Shown one piece after another: positions 15,028 to 29,263 of a DNA stretch of 64,000 nucleotides. Below the pieces are notes generated by a model. The model ran no database searches. It worked only from the letters and a program-made list of their open reading frames with translations, and was not told the origin of the DNA. The translations under genes and the position numbers were made by a program. The stretch is from contig OZ024745.1 of NCBI GenBank assembly GCA_964016885.1, positions 45,384,001 to 45,448,000 of the forward strand, read 5' to 3'. Every line of letters starts with the position of its first letter. The stretch's first letter is position 1. The DNA is from Eledone cirrhosa. Taxonomy: Eukaryota.

Positions 15028-17287
15028 GTATAGCAGCAGTTGGAAATAATAATAACAACAACTACAACAGTACCGCCAACAGCAACAACACATTTATTAA
15101 CTACCAAATTCATTTATATTGTACTACAACATTATTGAATCAAATTATGAAATAAACATATATCTCCTGATGTAATCAAATTGTTTGCTGCTGTTGGAGT
15201 CTTAAAAGCAGTCTCGGTATCGGAATTTACTAAATAAAAAGTTATTTAAGGTCTTTTTATGAAGAACTTTCTTTTTTCCTTCTTTGAAAATCTTTGAGAT
15301 ATGTTGAAGAAGGAGGAGCTTAAAAGAATGAAGAAGAAGAAGAATTGAAGTTGATAAAAAGTTTTGGAATGGAAAATGAAACTCCTAATGCCTATTTTAG
15401 TAATTTGTTCTATATTCTTCTTATACGTTCGTAGTTGATTTTTAAGGTTTTTCTTCAATATCATTATTGCTTCCATCTACATTATTTCTATTATTTACTC
15501 ATTTCACCTTCCTTTCCTCTACCTTTCTTCCATCAATAATTCTCACTTCTCCCACCTTCTCTTTTCTTGACTGGCTGAATATGGTTCACTAAGGAGGTCT
15601 AACAAGATAGAAACATACCGATTGTTATCAGCTGATCTACTAACTATGTTGTTTTTATTTTTCGCCAATTTGGAATAACTGCTATTGGAGTTAACACCAT
15701 TGTTGCTTTCAGGTTTTAAATATCCTTGGTGGGAGATGTATTGTAATTGTAATGATAGTTTCAATTAATTAGAGCTTTACAATTCATTGTAAAGTTGAAT
15801 AACTACCCTCAGTTATTACCCTTCAGCGATGTTGTTGACTTTATAAGCTATTCGTAAACGCTAAACAACCGAACTGAAAACAACATTCTATTTTTATTTA
15901 GGTTAAAGCTGAAAATCCATGTTCACGTTGAAGGAAATATAAACACGCTGTTGTTGATAATTAAGATTGTATTAGTTCCGATTTCCAATTCATAAAAAAA
16001 ACACTTTTGAAATTTCAAGTTTGAGACGTAAAACATGTGATAACAGTGAAAAATTGTGTTGCGCCTTAAAATAATGACCTTTCACACATTCCATTGCTTA
16101 AATGAATCAGTTTACAAGTGTGTGTATCAGGGCGAAAATATTTGTAGAAATACTTTTCATTTCATGTCAAAATGATTTGCTTGATTTAATTAAAAGTCAA
16201 ATTATTTTCATAGACAAAATCGCCACTTTATGAAAACGTTTCAAAGTTAACGTTTTTGTACTGTATAATTCCATATATTTTTATATGGAAGCTCTATGAA
16301 CGCTTCAAGTTATATCTTTACAAAATGAAAATTTTTGCGGTCGTTCCTTGCTGAAACATATGAATCCCATTAAGTTTCTCAAATAACTCTCACAAATAGC
16401 ATAATTTATAACGGCGATTCTCATCAAGAAAAAATCTGCAGAATTTCTTTTTTTCTTTTCTTAAGTATACTTTTCTTCTGGAAGCCAAACCATTAGACAG
16501 TCATTGCATTCTGTGTGCTGTAATGATTTGCTGAATTCTATATTCTGGCTTAGGTTTGCGAAGAGAACGCTATTCAATGCGACGACATGGCTATTCAATG
16601 CAACGAGAATGCTACTCAATGTGACGAGATGGCTATTCAATGTGACTTTATGACTGTAGCAATATTTACCTTGGAGACTACATATAAAGAATGAGAGTCG
16701 GGTGGTCTCATTTCTGCAACTATTCCATCGTGGTGTGAAGGACTGTTCCGACGGAAACGATCACTTTGACTGCAGCTGAGACATCACTTTCAATGAGTTC
16801 AGCGAATATAAAATCAAAATCAAATTCTTGATAGACTATTTGCGAATAAACTATATACTATGTTGTTCGTCTTATAACATGTTATGATAGCATAACTAAA
16901 TAATCTCAACTGACAGAATTGCTAGGTCTCTGTAGCCTCACTGACATCAAAGCCTGCATCAATTTCTCATTTTGCGTTTATCATCTCAAGAAAACAAAAA
17001 ACACAAAAAATGACAAAAAAAAGAAACAAAAACAAAAGTCAAACGAAAAATGATTTACTTTTAAATTACACACACACAGACACAAACACCTATATATGTA
17101 TATATATAAATACGTGCATATATATATATATATATTAGAAAAAAGTTTCGTTTACATGTATAAGATTTGTTATTGTGTATCGACCTATTATGCGCGTTTC
17201 GCAGAGGATTGGCTCAATGTCACCCATAGGAGTTATGGATTCGACGCATTATCGATCTGCTCTTTATCAGATTGGCGATGTGAGACC

Positions 17288-17335
<48 letters not shown>

Positions 17336-17337
<2 letters not shown>

Positions 17338-17531
17338 CAAAGGAATTGTGGTAAGGAACCAGATGGACCATAACGCACCAGGGTACTCAATACTTAGGGT
17401 AGTAGAGTGGGAAATAGGAAAAAGTATCACCCCGACGGCAGAGCTACGCCGTTTTGACGGCTTTTTCTGGACTCCAGAAATAGCCGTCGAAACGGCTTGA
17501 GCTCTGCCGTCGGGGTCATACTTTTTCCTAT
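17336..17531 (-). mobile_element. Fold-back element family F1 copy
   Basis: Inverted repeat 17414-17531 plus a tail that is the reverse complement of 7470-7552; flanked by TA repeats. Confidence 0.75.
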
Positions 17532-17624
17532 ATGTATATATATAGGTTCCTCTAGCTGACCGACAATGAGACATATGTAATATGTAATTAAATATGTATA
17601 TGATGCAACACTGATTCTTTGTTC

Positions 17625-17731
<107 letters not shown>

Positions 17732-17930
17732 AAGGATACAAACGACCGAGTTGGAAATATACTAAGCAATCAGTTTTTTATTTTCAAAATAGAAATATTA
17801 TAAGTAAAACAATTAAAGTAGTATATATACATTATATTGTAATCAATACACAAATTAATAGATTATAGAAAATTGCATATGTTGATCTTTATTGAATTTT
17901 CGTTTTATGTATTTTCTTCTCTTCTCACAG

Positions 17931-18170
17931 GTACACGAGCTGTCTATTTTGTCCAAAATCCATATGAGTCTGTAGTGACATATTTTAGTGTTGGACAGGA
18001 TGTGATTCAAGTCCAGCGCTTATTTAATTTGACCGACATTCAACCCATTCCACCAATGAACATTCGAAATATCTGGATCAATGCAAAGAACGAATTATCA
18101 GATGTAATTCGCTTCCAAATCGACAGAAAAGGATGGATTAATATTACTCATTTAAATCGAGCCAAAGCGA
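17931..18170 (+). CDS. Ret: RET-like receptor tyrosine kinase, internal coding exon (cadherin-like domain 1; equivalent to RET exon 2)
   Basis: Acceptor ttctcacag|GT and donor gcga|gtaagt, phase 1 to phase 1, 240 nt. Reads TRAVYFVQNPYESVVTYFSVGQDVIQVQRLF...FQIDRKGWINITHLNRAKA, resembling the RET N-terminus (LYFSRDAY...GTPLLYV). Confidence 0.75.
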
Positions 18171-19589
18171 GTAAGTTAAAACTATTGATGTCATATCGAT
18201 TTTGGTATTTTGTTGGTAATTTTGGTACATTAGGCATACGAATTAATCACATACGTACTCAGATCCACGTATCCACAAATGCATATGACCCCACCCCTCC
18301 ACATATATATGATCGAAAGAAAAAAAATTGGACAATTCTAGAGCTATTTTCACACTCCAGTGCATCAAAATAAAAAAATATGAATGATTGACACTGAACC
18401 ACAGAAATAACCTTTTAGGGTTATGCCCTTTACTGAGACAAATTATTGCTGTGCTTTATAGAAATCCTGGACAGATTAGCCTTAAATGCAAAGTTGAAAA
18501 AACCCCTGCTTTACTTACATTGCATGAAAGCTATTATGAAGAATAAATTAATTGGGTACGCTGTGACATTCAGGGATAGATTAGTCTTAGTACACGTATT
18601 ATTCAGACTTTAAAAGGTAAACGATGGACATAGTGTTTAATAACCAGTTGAGAAGTCTGTTTTATAATCTGACTAGGGGATACAACACGCGAACCTGAGG
18701 TATATTTCATTAGCTTAGTGTGGCAATTTACTGTCCTCCTACTTTTCAATCTATTACCATCATTCAGTAATAGACTAAAAATTGGGTGTTAGTGAAAAAA
18801 TATCTAAGTACCTTCTTTAAAATGATTATCATGATAACGTTTACGAGAAGTTAGCTGTTTATCATGGATCTGTAACATCGAATGGTACTGAAATCAAACA
18901 ATTGACACTATATGAGAATTGCACAGGTGTGGTTTATGTCTTATTTTAGTATATATTTTGAAAGGGAGAATAGTGACCATAGATCTAAGCAGATCTTTGA
19001 AAATGATGGGCTTGATGAGGTTATTTTTCTACTTGAACGTTTGCAGCTCAATATTTATAGGGAATACATTCACGGACAGGAAGTTCCAGATAGTTCTTCC
19101 AAGTTGAGTTTAGAGTATCGCTTTGGAGATGGCACATTGTATGAATTAAGAGAAGGAAGGAGATTACATAGCTTGATACTTTCAAATAGCATATCTGGAA
19201 GCCTTTCTCAGTTTCATAAGTTGTATTTTTATTGGAAAACTTTAATGTCCGAAATTAAGCATATGGTTTGATTCTCTTCTAAAATGCTATTAATTATATT
19301 TTTGGGTGGGAAGTAGATCACACCGCCCTCTAGCTCATGATTTTTCTAGCAGGGTTCTGTCTGTTGTAAGCATGCGTACCAAATTCATGACAAGGTGTTA
19401 TCGTGATCTGACGGTGCACAAACACTCACTTGAACATTTTCCCGTCTTTTCTATATGTTTCAATGATTCAGATCCAAAGTAGACCCCACACCTGATCTCG
19501 CACTAACACGCAAACTACGAAACATATTGCTCTTCGAAAGGCATATCTCTCAACCCTTATCTATAATCTATCTATGATACAGTAAGTTT

Positions 19590-19896
19590 TATGAAAGGTG
19601 GGTGAAAGTGGCGATAATGGCCCGAGTGAATGGGCCTTCTCTTTATATCAGCCTGTAGGTTGAGGAAAAGGAGGAGGAGAGGAAAGGAGTACAAACTCTT
19701 CGTACTCCTGGAGATGAGGGTTGCACCTTTTTCGGGGGTATGTGTTACCCATATGAACTGTCTCCCCCTATTGGGGAAATCGACTAATTTTTTAAATTGC
19801 ATTTGTGATAATATTTTACACGTTTTTATTGTATGTAAACTTCCCCCTTTGTATTTGTCCCCTTCTTTTGTGCCCCTGTGGCTAATAAAGAAACAT
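19590..19896 (+). mobile_element. 3' fragment of a related Tx1-like LINE subfamily
   Basis: Encodes ERWVKVAIMARVNGPSLYISL* versus EKWVNVARMARVSGPTLVMRL* in the full element; ends cccctgtggctAATAAAgaaa. Confidence 0.8.
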
Positions 19897-20995
19897 ATCT
19901 ATGATATAGTATCCAAGTTGCAAACTTCACTCAAATTTCAGTCCAACATGTTATATTGTGCACATCCAAATTATACTCTCCTGCCAACAATCTCTCTGAG
20001 CGACAAATACTTCTCGTTTCTCAGGCTGAAAAGACTCTCAAACCACCCTCCCACAATTTCACTCTCCATCCACCAACAACATTTCGACGAGAATTCTTCG
20101 TGTATTACGGAACGGATATCTATTCTATTCTATCCCTTTCTGAAGTCATCCTTCTCAATGATTCGAAGGTTCGCAATTCTCATTTCTCATTTACTTTCAC
20201 ATTCCTCTCATACGAATGTTGCCAGTACAGAAACCGAATCTTCACAAACCACCGCGTCACGCTGATTCTCCCCGAGAATTAAGGTACACGCGTATATGAA
20301 ATGCTCAGACACTTACACGTTAATATCCTGAGCAGGATGTTTCGTCGATCGAATAGCTGGAGTAAATCACTTCCAAACAGACGGAGCATCATTCTCCCCT
20401 TCAAAGTATTGCAAAATGTATGTCGCCCCTACTTACAAACATTAATCAGTGATAAGAATAACATCAAGCGTTGTATAGGAGTATTGACGTAATAGGGGCT
20501 CACGTGACTATTGAATGTTCAATAGAAATAAATTAAATTAACCAAATCTCTTTGATGAAAATCTGGTTGGAATAAAGCATCAACAATTGTTTTACAAAAC
20601 GTTCCTGAAATTCAATCTTTGGACACATTTCTGTTCTCTAATCAAGCGTGAAAGCCTAAACGCATGATGTTGCCAACACCTGATTTTAAGCTTAGCAAAC
20701 TTAAAATAGTTGTGGGAAACTATAGTTTGAAACGAAGAAAGTAGATCAGTCAAGTTCTGAAGTTAGAATCATGTGATTCTCAGTAGGACTAAGATAAGAA
20801 ATAGATTCAATAAAAGCAACTAGGAAGGATATAATTGAAACTGAAAAGCTATTCTTATCCAAGTGACAGTTAAAGTTGAAAGTTACAGCAAATATAGGCG
20901 GGAAGGTCATTTAATCTGTGTACAAGAGAAATGACTACAATGAAACGTGGAAATCAAACAAAACCAGGATTTCCCACGAGAAACAATAATTTTGA

Positions 20996-21071
<76 letters not shown>

Positions 21072-21303
21072 GGGCGAATAGTTTGTCAAGCAACCTGAAA
21101 CCAATCTACTTCTCTCTCTTTCTGTGATCTGGTTGAGCGTATTTTAATGCTATAATAAAGTCGTGTATGAGATTTATTTCATAGACAATAATCTTAATGT
21201 TTATAATTACAAAGATTCTAATTCCGAAAGAATGAGAAATATAAAATATAATTGAGACGAATATCTTGACTTCTTGGCGTTGTATGTAAATATGTACCTG
21301 TGA

Positions 21304-21370
<67 letters not shown>

Positions 21371-21874
21371 AAGAGATGTAGAGGAAAAATTTGTCCCCGG
21401 TACTGGGCTGGTATTATTATTTTAACGACCCCGAAAGAGGCCAATTTGACCCATGCAATATTTGAACTCACTGCACAGAGATTCGGAACGAATATCACAA
21501 ACCATTCAATCCAACGTTCTAATGACACTACAGATACGCCGCCTTTATAGATATTATTACTCCTTAAATGAGCTAATAATTTCTTTTTGTGATCTCTTTT
21601 CTGCATCTGGAAGAGATGAATCTATTGCAGATAATCATGTAGAGGGCATTATACTCGGCATGTCAAGTTAACGTATCCTGTAAACATTTCTGACAGGACA
21701 CGAGCCGTTGGTGGTGGGGTACTAAATAGAGAGTTTAGTATTAAGACTACCTACAACAAAGAATGAATATATATATTAGCATATTTTTTATCATCCATTA
21801 GTGTTTTATTTTCAGCGAAAAAAGTTCCCCTTTCTTAGAATTATTCAGTGTTATTTACATGTATATAACGGTTT

Positions 21875-21914
<40 letters not shown>

Positions 21915-22134
21915 CGACAGTCGATCGACTTTCGTCAAATCGAACCGAGGAAACAATGTTTCCGTTGGTCTTTCCAATTGCTAGTACTCTCTATCGGTCG
22001 CAACTCCAGGTAGAAGGAGCAACGTGAAATAAAGTGTCTTGCTCAAGGACATAACGCATCGCCCGGTCCGGGAATCGAACTCACAACCTCACGATTAGGA
22101 ATCCAATTCTCTAACAACTCGGCTACACGCCTTC
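21915..22134 (-). mobile_element. tRNA-derived SINE (family B)
   Basis: Reverse-complement match to 59272-59478, with A/B-box-like head and core ccttgagcaagacactttatttcacgttgctcc. Confidence 0.8.
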
Positions 22135-22549
22135 ATATATATAAAAAATAAAAGATTGATTATATATCAGATGGATTATATACTCGAATAAAAACCTAAC
22201 GACTACGTTTTCGAAATTATTACACGACGAAAAGAGTGAACATCAATCTTATCACTGAATAAATATATTTCTAGCAGAACGTTTGATATAGGCGCGAGGA
22301 GATTTGATCATAAACACTTACAAAATATCGAAACAGTCTCAAAATAATTTACAATCTCAGACAATTACATACACGCACACAAACTCACACACATATATAT
22401 ATATACAGAGATGGTGGAACTGGAGGGAGGGGCGCTTCCCCCAATAATTATATTTTTCTTCCCAGACTACCAAAACACACACACATTTATTTGTATATGC
22501 GCTATAATTTATGTACATGTTATTATGCAGAGACAGATGAGAGAGATAG

Positions 22550-23090
22550 ATATAGATATAGATATAGAGGGGGGGGGGAGAGTTTGGTGGTAATTGATAT
22601 AGAGAGGAAGGTTAGGAGAGTGTGTTGTATATTAGATATAGAGAGTGGGAGAGATTGATATTTATTGATATACAGAGAGGAATTTGAAGAGGGTTCCGTG
22701 TAGTAGATATAGAGTAGGGGGGGGAGAGATTGATGTTTATTGATATAGAGAGGGGGATTGGAAGAGAGTACCGTGTAGTAGATATAGAGAGGGGGATAAT
22801 TTGGTGGTTGTAGGTATACAGAGAGGGATAATGGTAGAGAGTCGTGTAGTGGATACAGGGAGGATAAGGGTTTAGGGGTAATCATTATACAGACGAGGGT
22901 TTGGAGAGATAAGGGTAGATATTTATAGAGAGTGAGAGAGTATATTAGTCTTAGATAGAGATTGTGGCATGAGAGAGTTGGTGTCGTGGTAGATATAGAG
23001 AGGGGTAGAGTTTGGTTTTAGTGGATTCAGAGAGGGGGATTAAAAGAGAGTTTTGTGTAATAGACATAGAGAGGAGGAGAGTTTGGTGGC
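22550..23090. repeat. Degenerate purine-rich minisatellite (gatatagagagggg...tggtgg-type units)
   Basis: gatatagag(a)g recurs roughly every 30-40 nt. Confidence 0.6.
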
Positions 23091-24060
23091 CCTCTCGTGT
23101 CGTGGAAATCAGTAATTGTATTGTGTACGTTTGTAAATATGGGATTTCTTGTAATGCTCTTTTATCACATATAATGCTTTTTAATGTAAAATAAAAATAT
23201 CATTAGATTCTCCAGCTGCTGTATCAATATGAATCACAATGAAATTTCGCTGCAGTTAGATTGGCAAAATTTATAAAGCATATGGGCGGTGGGTTGGAAT
23301 AAAAACCGGGTGTGTGTGTGGGAATCTGACAAATTAATAAGTGGGGGTTGGGGACGATTATTCAAGGCCTGAAAGTAGGTGAATTATTGACGGACGTAAG
23401 AATGAAAACTCAATACCGAAGCTGAGTTTACTATGGATAAGCATTGTTACTCTGCAGTCTCATCTGTGTACTTACCAAACAACACTGTTGATCCTGTCAG
23501 TGCGCAGGTGAAACTTTAGAATAACAAAGCTCACCAATAGCCATAATAGGTGTTTGTATATATATATATATATATATATAGGAGATGAATGAATTGGGTA
23601 TAATACCATTTTTTTTTTTACCAAATACGAAGAAACTTGATATATTAACCTCTTAGGAAGGGGCACAGAGCATAATTCGTTTTTAATTATATGTATATAT
23701 TGACGGTAGAACTGGAGGTTTCTAACTATTTTAGAGTGTAAAGAATCGCATTTATTATTATTACTATATATATATATATATATATATAATTGTTATTATT
23801 ATGTATTACATAATAATAATAATTAAGCTCTGTTGCCTACATAGAGCACTCTTTTTTCCTGGACTTTTCCGATGGAATTACTTCATTTACACACACACAT
23901 ATATATATATATATAAATGACTGATAAGTTTCAAAACGCCGGTACAATATAAAGGGCATAGCATGGCAAATAAAATAAAATAAAACAAAGTAATGCTTTA
24001 CCAAATATATTTCAACATGATATTTCAGGGATATTACCCTCTTTTCTATATACTACATTA

Positions 24061-24294
<234 letters not shown>

Positions 24295-24295
24295 A

Positions 24296-24330
<35 letters not shown>

Positions 24331-24342
24331 GTAATAATAACA

Positions 24343-24393
<51 letters not shown>

Positions 24394-24398
<5 letters not shown>

Positions 24399-24620
24399 AG
24401 GTAGAAGTGGTTACACAACAGTTAGTTTACCATACCGAGAACAATTGTTTCACCTTAGCGGATCCTCAGCTCGTAATCGATTACGAGCTGAGGATCCGCT
24501 AAGGTGAAACAATTGTTCTCGGTATGGTAAACTAACTGTTGTGTAACCACTTCTACCTAACTCGTCCCATGGACTGAGTGCTCTACCACTACGGATATTA
24601 CCTTCCAGTGTTCTACCACT
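24394..24620 (+). mobile_element. Fold-back element family F2: perfect 170-bp palindrome plus tail
   Basis: 24394-24563 is its own reverse complement, centred on aatc|gatt. The 57-nt tail runs into (TA)n. A non-palindromic relative lies at 31392-31561. Confidence 0.9.
24482..24524 (+). ncRNA. Minimal type-I hammerhead ribozyme motif (mirror copy on the - strand at 24433-24475)
   Basis: tacgag CTGAGGA tccgctaaggt GAAAC aatt GTT ctcggta: conserved core, palindromic stem III ACAATTGT, stem I cgag/ctcg. Confidence 0.65.
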
Positions 24621-25320
24621 ATATATATATATATATATATATTATATTATATTATATTATATTATATTACGCGTGTGCGTTATATCATATCTCATGAATA
24701 CTTATATAACCCTACATTCCAAAGTTTTAGCTAAAATTGCTATAAGATATTGTCTTCGAGTTCAATGACATCAGCTGATTTTAGCCAACTTCCCTTTTAG
24801 GGTGTGCCAAAATCACAATTATAGTTACGTATTTGTTTATTCGGTTTTCGGAATTTTGTTATCAATTCTTTCTTCCGACTTCTATTTATATGGCATCTAT
24901 AGAGCTGCTTTTCAATTTCGGGCCAAGTACTGACTTTAAGATTCTGACGAACTGTATTCGTAGATTAGATATGTTTATAAGCAAGAATGCCTGTTATTTA
25001 TAGACACATTCAAGAGTGCCTGTGAATACCTACTACTTGTCTCTTTAATATTTATTTATGCGTGTTTCATAGGACTTATTTCCTTGTAAATTAAAAGGAC
25101 ATTTTAGAGAACACATTTAGCGTATCTAAAAAACTATACAGTCTTTGCCACACGTAAACTACACCCACTTACATGTCCTGTGTTTTCCCTCGCATTATCT
25201 CCAAATCGTGTTTTGTATATATTCAGCATCTGGATTCGGTAGCCTACAACACTATGACCATGTTTTCTCATCTATTGCACGTGTTCCTATAGCTGTACGG
25301 AATTGGTAACACCTAACACA

Positions 25321-25381
<61 letters not shown>

Positions 25382-25520
25382 AAACTTAGACGGGAACAAA
25401 AACAGAGAGGCAGTACAAATAAGAGTTTATTAGGTTCACGATTTTATATATGTATATATATATATAATAAAATATTAGAATAGACTAATAAAATTATTTC
25501 AGTCATATTACACATAGATA

Positions 25521-25587
<67 letters not shown>

Positions 25588-25636
25588 TTTATATTCTAGG
25601 TGTGTAGGTGTGTGAACATAGCGATATTTTGAATGT

Positions 25637-26437
25637 CATCATCATCATCATCATCATACGTCCACTTTTCCCTGCTTGCAAGGGTGGGACGGGTCCTATC
25701 CAGCACACCATCTGTCCACTTGTCACGGTCCTTCGTCATCTCCTCCGTGAGCTCCAGCGATCTGAGGTCTGCTCTCACCACCTCCGCCCATGTTTTTCGT
25801 GGTCTTCCTCTACTGTGTCTTCCTTCTACTGGGATTTCTTGGCGCTTCTTTACCCAGCGGTCATCCTCCATGCACATCACATGTCCATACCATCTCAGTC
25901 TTCTCTCCTGCACACCACAACTTATCCCTCTTATACACAGGTTCTCTCTCAACTCATCCATGCTGGGTCGTTCACGTACATTGACATTGCACATCCAATG
26001 GAGCATACTTGCTTCATTTCTCTCCAGCCATCGCATATCCTCTGTAGTTGCTGCCCATGTCTCACTGCCATGCAGCATCGTGCATCTCACACAGACATCA
26101 TATAACCGGCCTTTCGTACACAGGGAGAAACCCTTCTTTGTCAACAGAGGATGCGGCTCCCTAAACTTCTTCAAACCCATCCTTATTATAGATATACCCA
26201 CCTCCCATGCTAATCTGATCACCTAGGTACCGGAAGCTATCAACCACTTCTATAGAACCCACCTGCATTTGAAAGATGTGTCTATCACTGCGATTACTAC
26301 TGTCAACTTTCCCTGAACATCTACTGCATACGTAGTTTTCCCTACCTGTTAGTTTGCCTGCTATCTCACTACATCTCTTGTGTACCCAAGATCAGCATTG
26401 CGTACATTTTATAGAATTTATGCCAGTTCCGTTTTTG
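25637..26437 (-). mobile_element. 5'-truncated RTE-clade LINE (RT C-terminus with PHD-like insert), (GAT)n tail
   Basis: FRYLGD, LHGSETW, RRLRWYGHV and RGRPRKTW are RTE motifs; upstream CTQC*SWVHKRC...CSRC; 3' (gat)n repeat. Confidence 0.9.
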
Positions 26438-28431
26438 AACTATTAATTGTGTGGAATTATCATTAGCATAGAAATGACATTAAAAAAATTAATACTTTAA
26501 TCTTATATGATAGTTTTATAGAATTTACCTGTAAAATCTTGAGATTAACTTCATATTACTCAGAAATACGATTTTAAATATATGTTTGTATTATGTCTAT
26601 CTATATTAATATATGTGTCTAGTGTGACATTTGTGATTCCTCTCTATATTTCCATATATATTTATGTAAACACGCTACACCGTTAGGATGTGGGGTCTTT
26701 ACGTGGTAGCCATAGCAACCAATTAGCTACCTTCCTATCAGATTTGTGATCTCGATAGGATAAAAAGTAATATCTTCAATATTAGAAAATAAAATCTACC
26801 ACTATTACTAATTTCTCCGCTGTGTATACTACTGTTATCGCTTATCTAAATCTCTCTGTCACGTATGAACTGTATTTAAGAAATTCACGTATAAACTATA
26901 CACGAATAACCCTAATACCACCAGAGTAACTTCAACTGTTCATTTAAAGCACGGTTTCGCAGCTTCTTTCAAGAACAAATTAATAGAATAAAGGAAAATA
27001 TGAGTTACAGCACCTTGCTTCAGGTTTCATTAGTAAGATGTTTCAAATAATCTCCTACAGTCGATAGTGAATACCTAGCTAATGACTTTATATTAGCTAC
27101 TATATTTCGATCGGTATACTCCATAGTTTTTTTTATATGATCCTTAACAATTTAGCTTTATTTCCGTGTGCACTCTTGTATGATTTAGGTTTAATGGAAG
27201 ATTGCGTTCTAATCTATAAAATTAAGGATTCTTTAAAAGATGTGAGAGATTTAAAAGTTTTCTTTTATTTCTGAGAAAGGACTCTAGAAATAAACTGACT
27301 GTATTCATGGTATATATTTTATTGATCTCGGTGGTGGAAGACATATTTCACCACAATATATTATCTTGATTTCTAACATTCGTTCAAGATCACACATTTA
27401 GAGGCTGAATTTAGTAGAATTAAATATTTGACAGATACTCAATTTATTGAATGTAGAAGGATAAAAGGTATCCTCAACCTTGGTGGGTTTGAATGCACAA
27501 CGTAAAGAAAAGAATCTAAAAACATTACAGTATTTAGATCGCTCTACAACCGACTCCGTTACCTATATCTATAATATTGATATATTTTCGACGCTGCATA
27601 CGATAAATAGGATAAGATAAATAAAATCTCCAGAGCGAAGTTGGCTTTTTTCGACACACTTTTTCGACAAACGTCTATAATCAGAATATTCCAAAAGTAT
27701 ACAGATATTTCCCCCGATTATAAGAGACACGCCGCTAATATACAACATTGATTTCATTTTTGGTCAACAAAACAACTGTATATTTAAATTGATCATTAAT
27801 GTCGTAAGCGAACTTAAATGATATTAATTAGATATCATAATGCCGATTTAATATCATCTAAGTTCGCTTAATAAACGTGAGTATCAGTGTCAGTGTTACG
27901 GGATTTTCGCACTATTATAGACTAATTTAGATATTTCAATATCTAGTCATATATCCACTGAATAAAGTGAATTGAAATTAACCCAATATTTTATCACCAC
28001 ATTATATATCACAAAGAATAAAATGAAATAGCAATCCCCTTAAAATTGTAGAAGGATAAACAGAATTAGATTTTTATATCGTCTTCCCTTTTATCAAACG
28101 TAAGAGAATTTCAATTGGATTTAGAAGATATTTCTGAAAATGTTTATACAAACTCATATAAATATTGCACTGAACTTTTTATTCTCCGAAAGAAACAATC
28201 CGTTAATCCTGCTTTTAATAAATTTGGCCTCAATTACACAGCAGTGATAATATGGTATTTCAACATGAGGCAAGAGCATGAAAGAAGACAGAGGAACTGA
28301 TCTTGGGGGAATTTCATATTCATTATCTCATTAGCTTCCTATTAAGTACCCGTCTCACATCCTGGTGCTAAATTCAACAAGAATCAACATGGGAATTGAA
28401 GCAACTACCATAGATCAATTAGTGACAATCA

Positions 28432-28433
28432 CG

Positions 28434-28483
<50 letters not shown>

Positions 28484-28507
28484 CACCACCACCACCACCA
28501 TCACCAC

Positions 28508-28566
<59 letters not shown>

Positions 28567-28600
28567 GTAGTAGTAGTAGTAGTAATAGTAGCAGCAGTAC
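28432..28600. repeat. Compound trinucleotide microsatellite (ACT)n(ACC)n(ATT)n(AGT)n
   Basis: Directly visible. Confidence 0.95.
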
Positions 28601-29263
28601 AGGCAGTAGCATCAACATATGTTTTAAGGAAGGGAAACGATGAATTGTTTATGCTTTTCAGAAGTACATTAATCCATCTCCAGTATGTGTGCACTAGCTT
28701 AAAACCTGCAAAGGTACGAAGATCTGGTGTCACTGGCAGCATATTTATATTTTATTTTGATCATTCCACTTTAAAACCTATAAAAGAATTTTGAAGCCAG
28801 GAAATTATAGAGTAGTTTATCTTACACTACATGCAACCGAATACTTTGAAAGAATTCTAAGATTTAAAATGAGTAAATATCTCCATCATGTTGAGGTCTC
28901 TCTATAACAAATAAAATATAATCGTTAATAGGTTCCTACAGAAATCACCTACTAAATAGGGTATAGTTTTTGTTTGACTCTTAAGGTCACCTTACATATG
29001 TACTGCCTTCAAAGGGTGATGAGTGCGCTTTATCACCATTACAATCAGGAAAATATTCGCCTACGACGTATAGAGTTTAAAAATTACCTACAACCCTAAC
29101 TCCATAATACTCGACATTTGAACAAAGAAATAAACACCCCTACACAATAACGGAGTCTACGACAAATAATTTACAACAACTAACCCTGCTCTCTTTCTCA
29201 AACACAGAACATTATTAAAACAGCTCACACACTTGACCATATTATCCCTCATTATGAGAGATC

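Noticed and set aside
15543-15764. ORF with KNKNNIVSRSADNN resembling a PLE RT N-terminal motif
   Set aside because: Too short and degenerate to call.
19630-20282. 211-aa and 108-aa ORFs
   Set aside because: They span a LINE 3' UTR and what looks like another decayed LINE remnant; no coherent protein or splice signals.
28365-28742. Poly-T/I/S and poly-L/V ORFs resembling membrane or mucin proteins
   Set aside because: Compound trinucleotide microsatellite.
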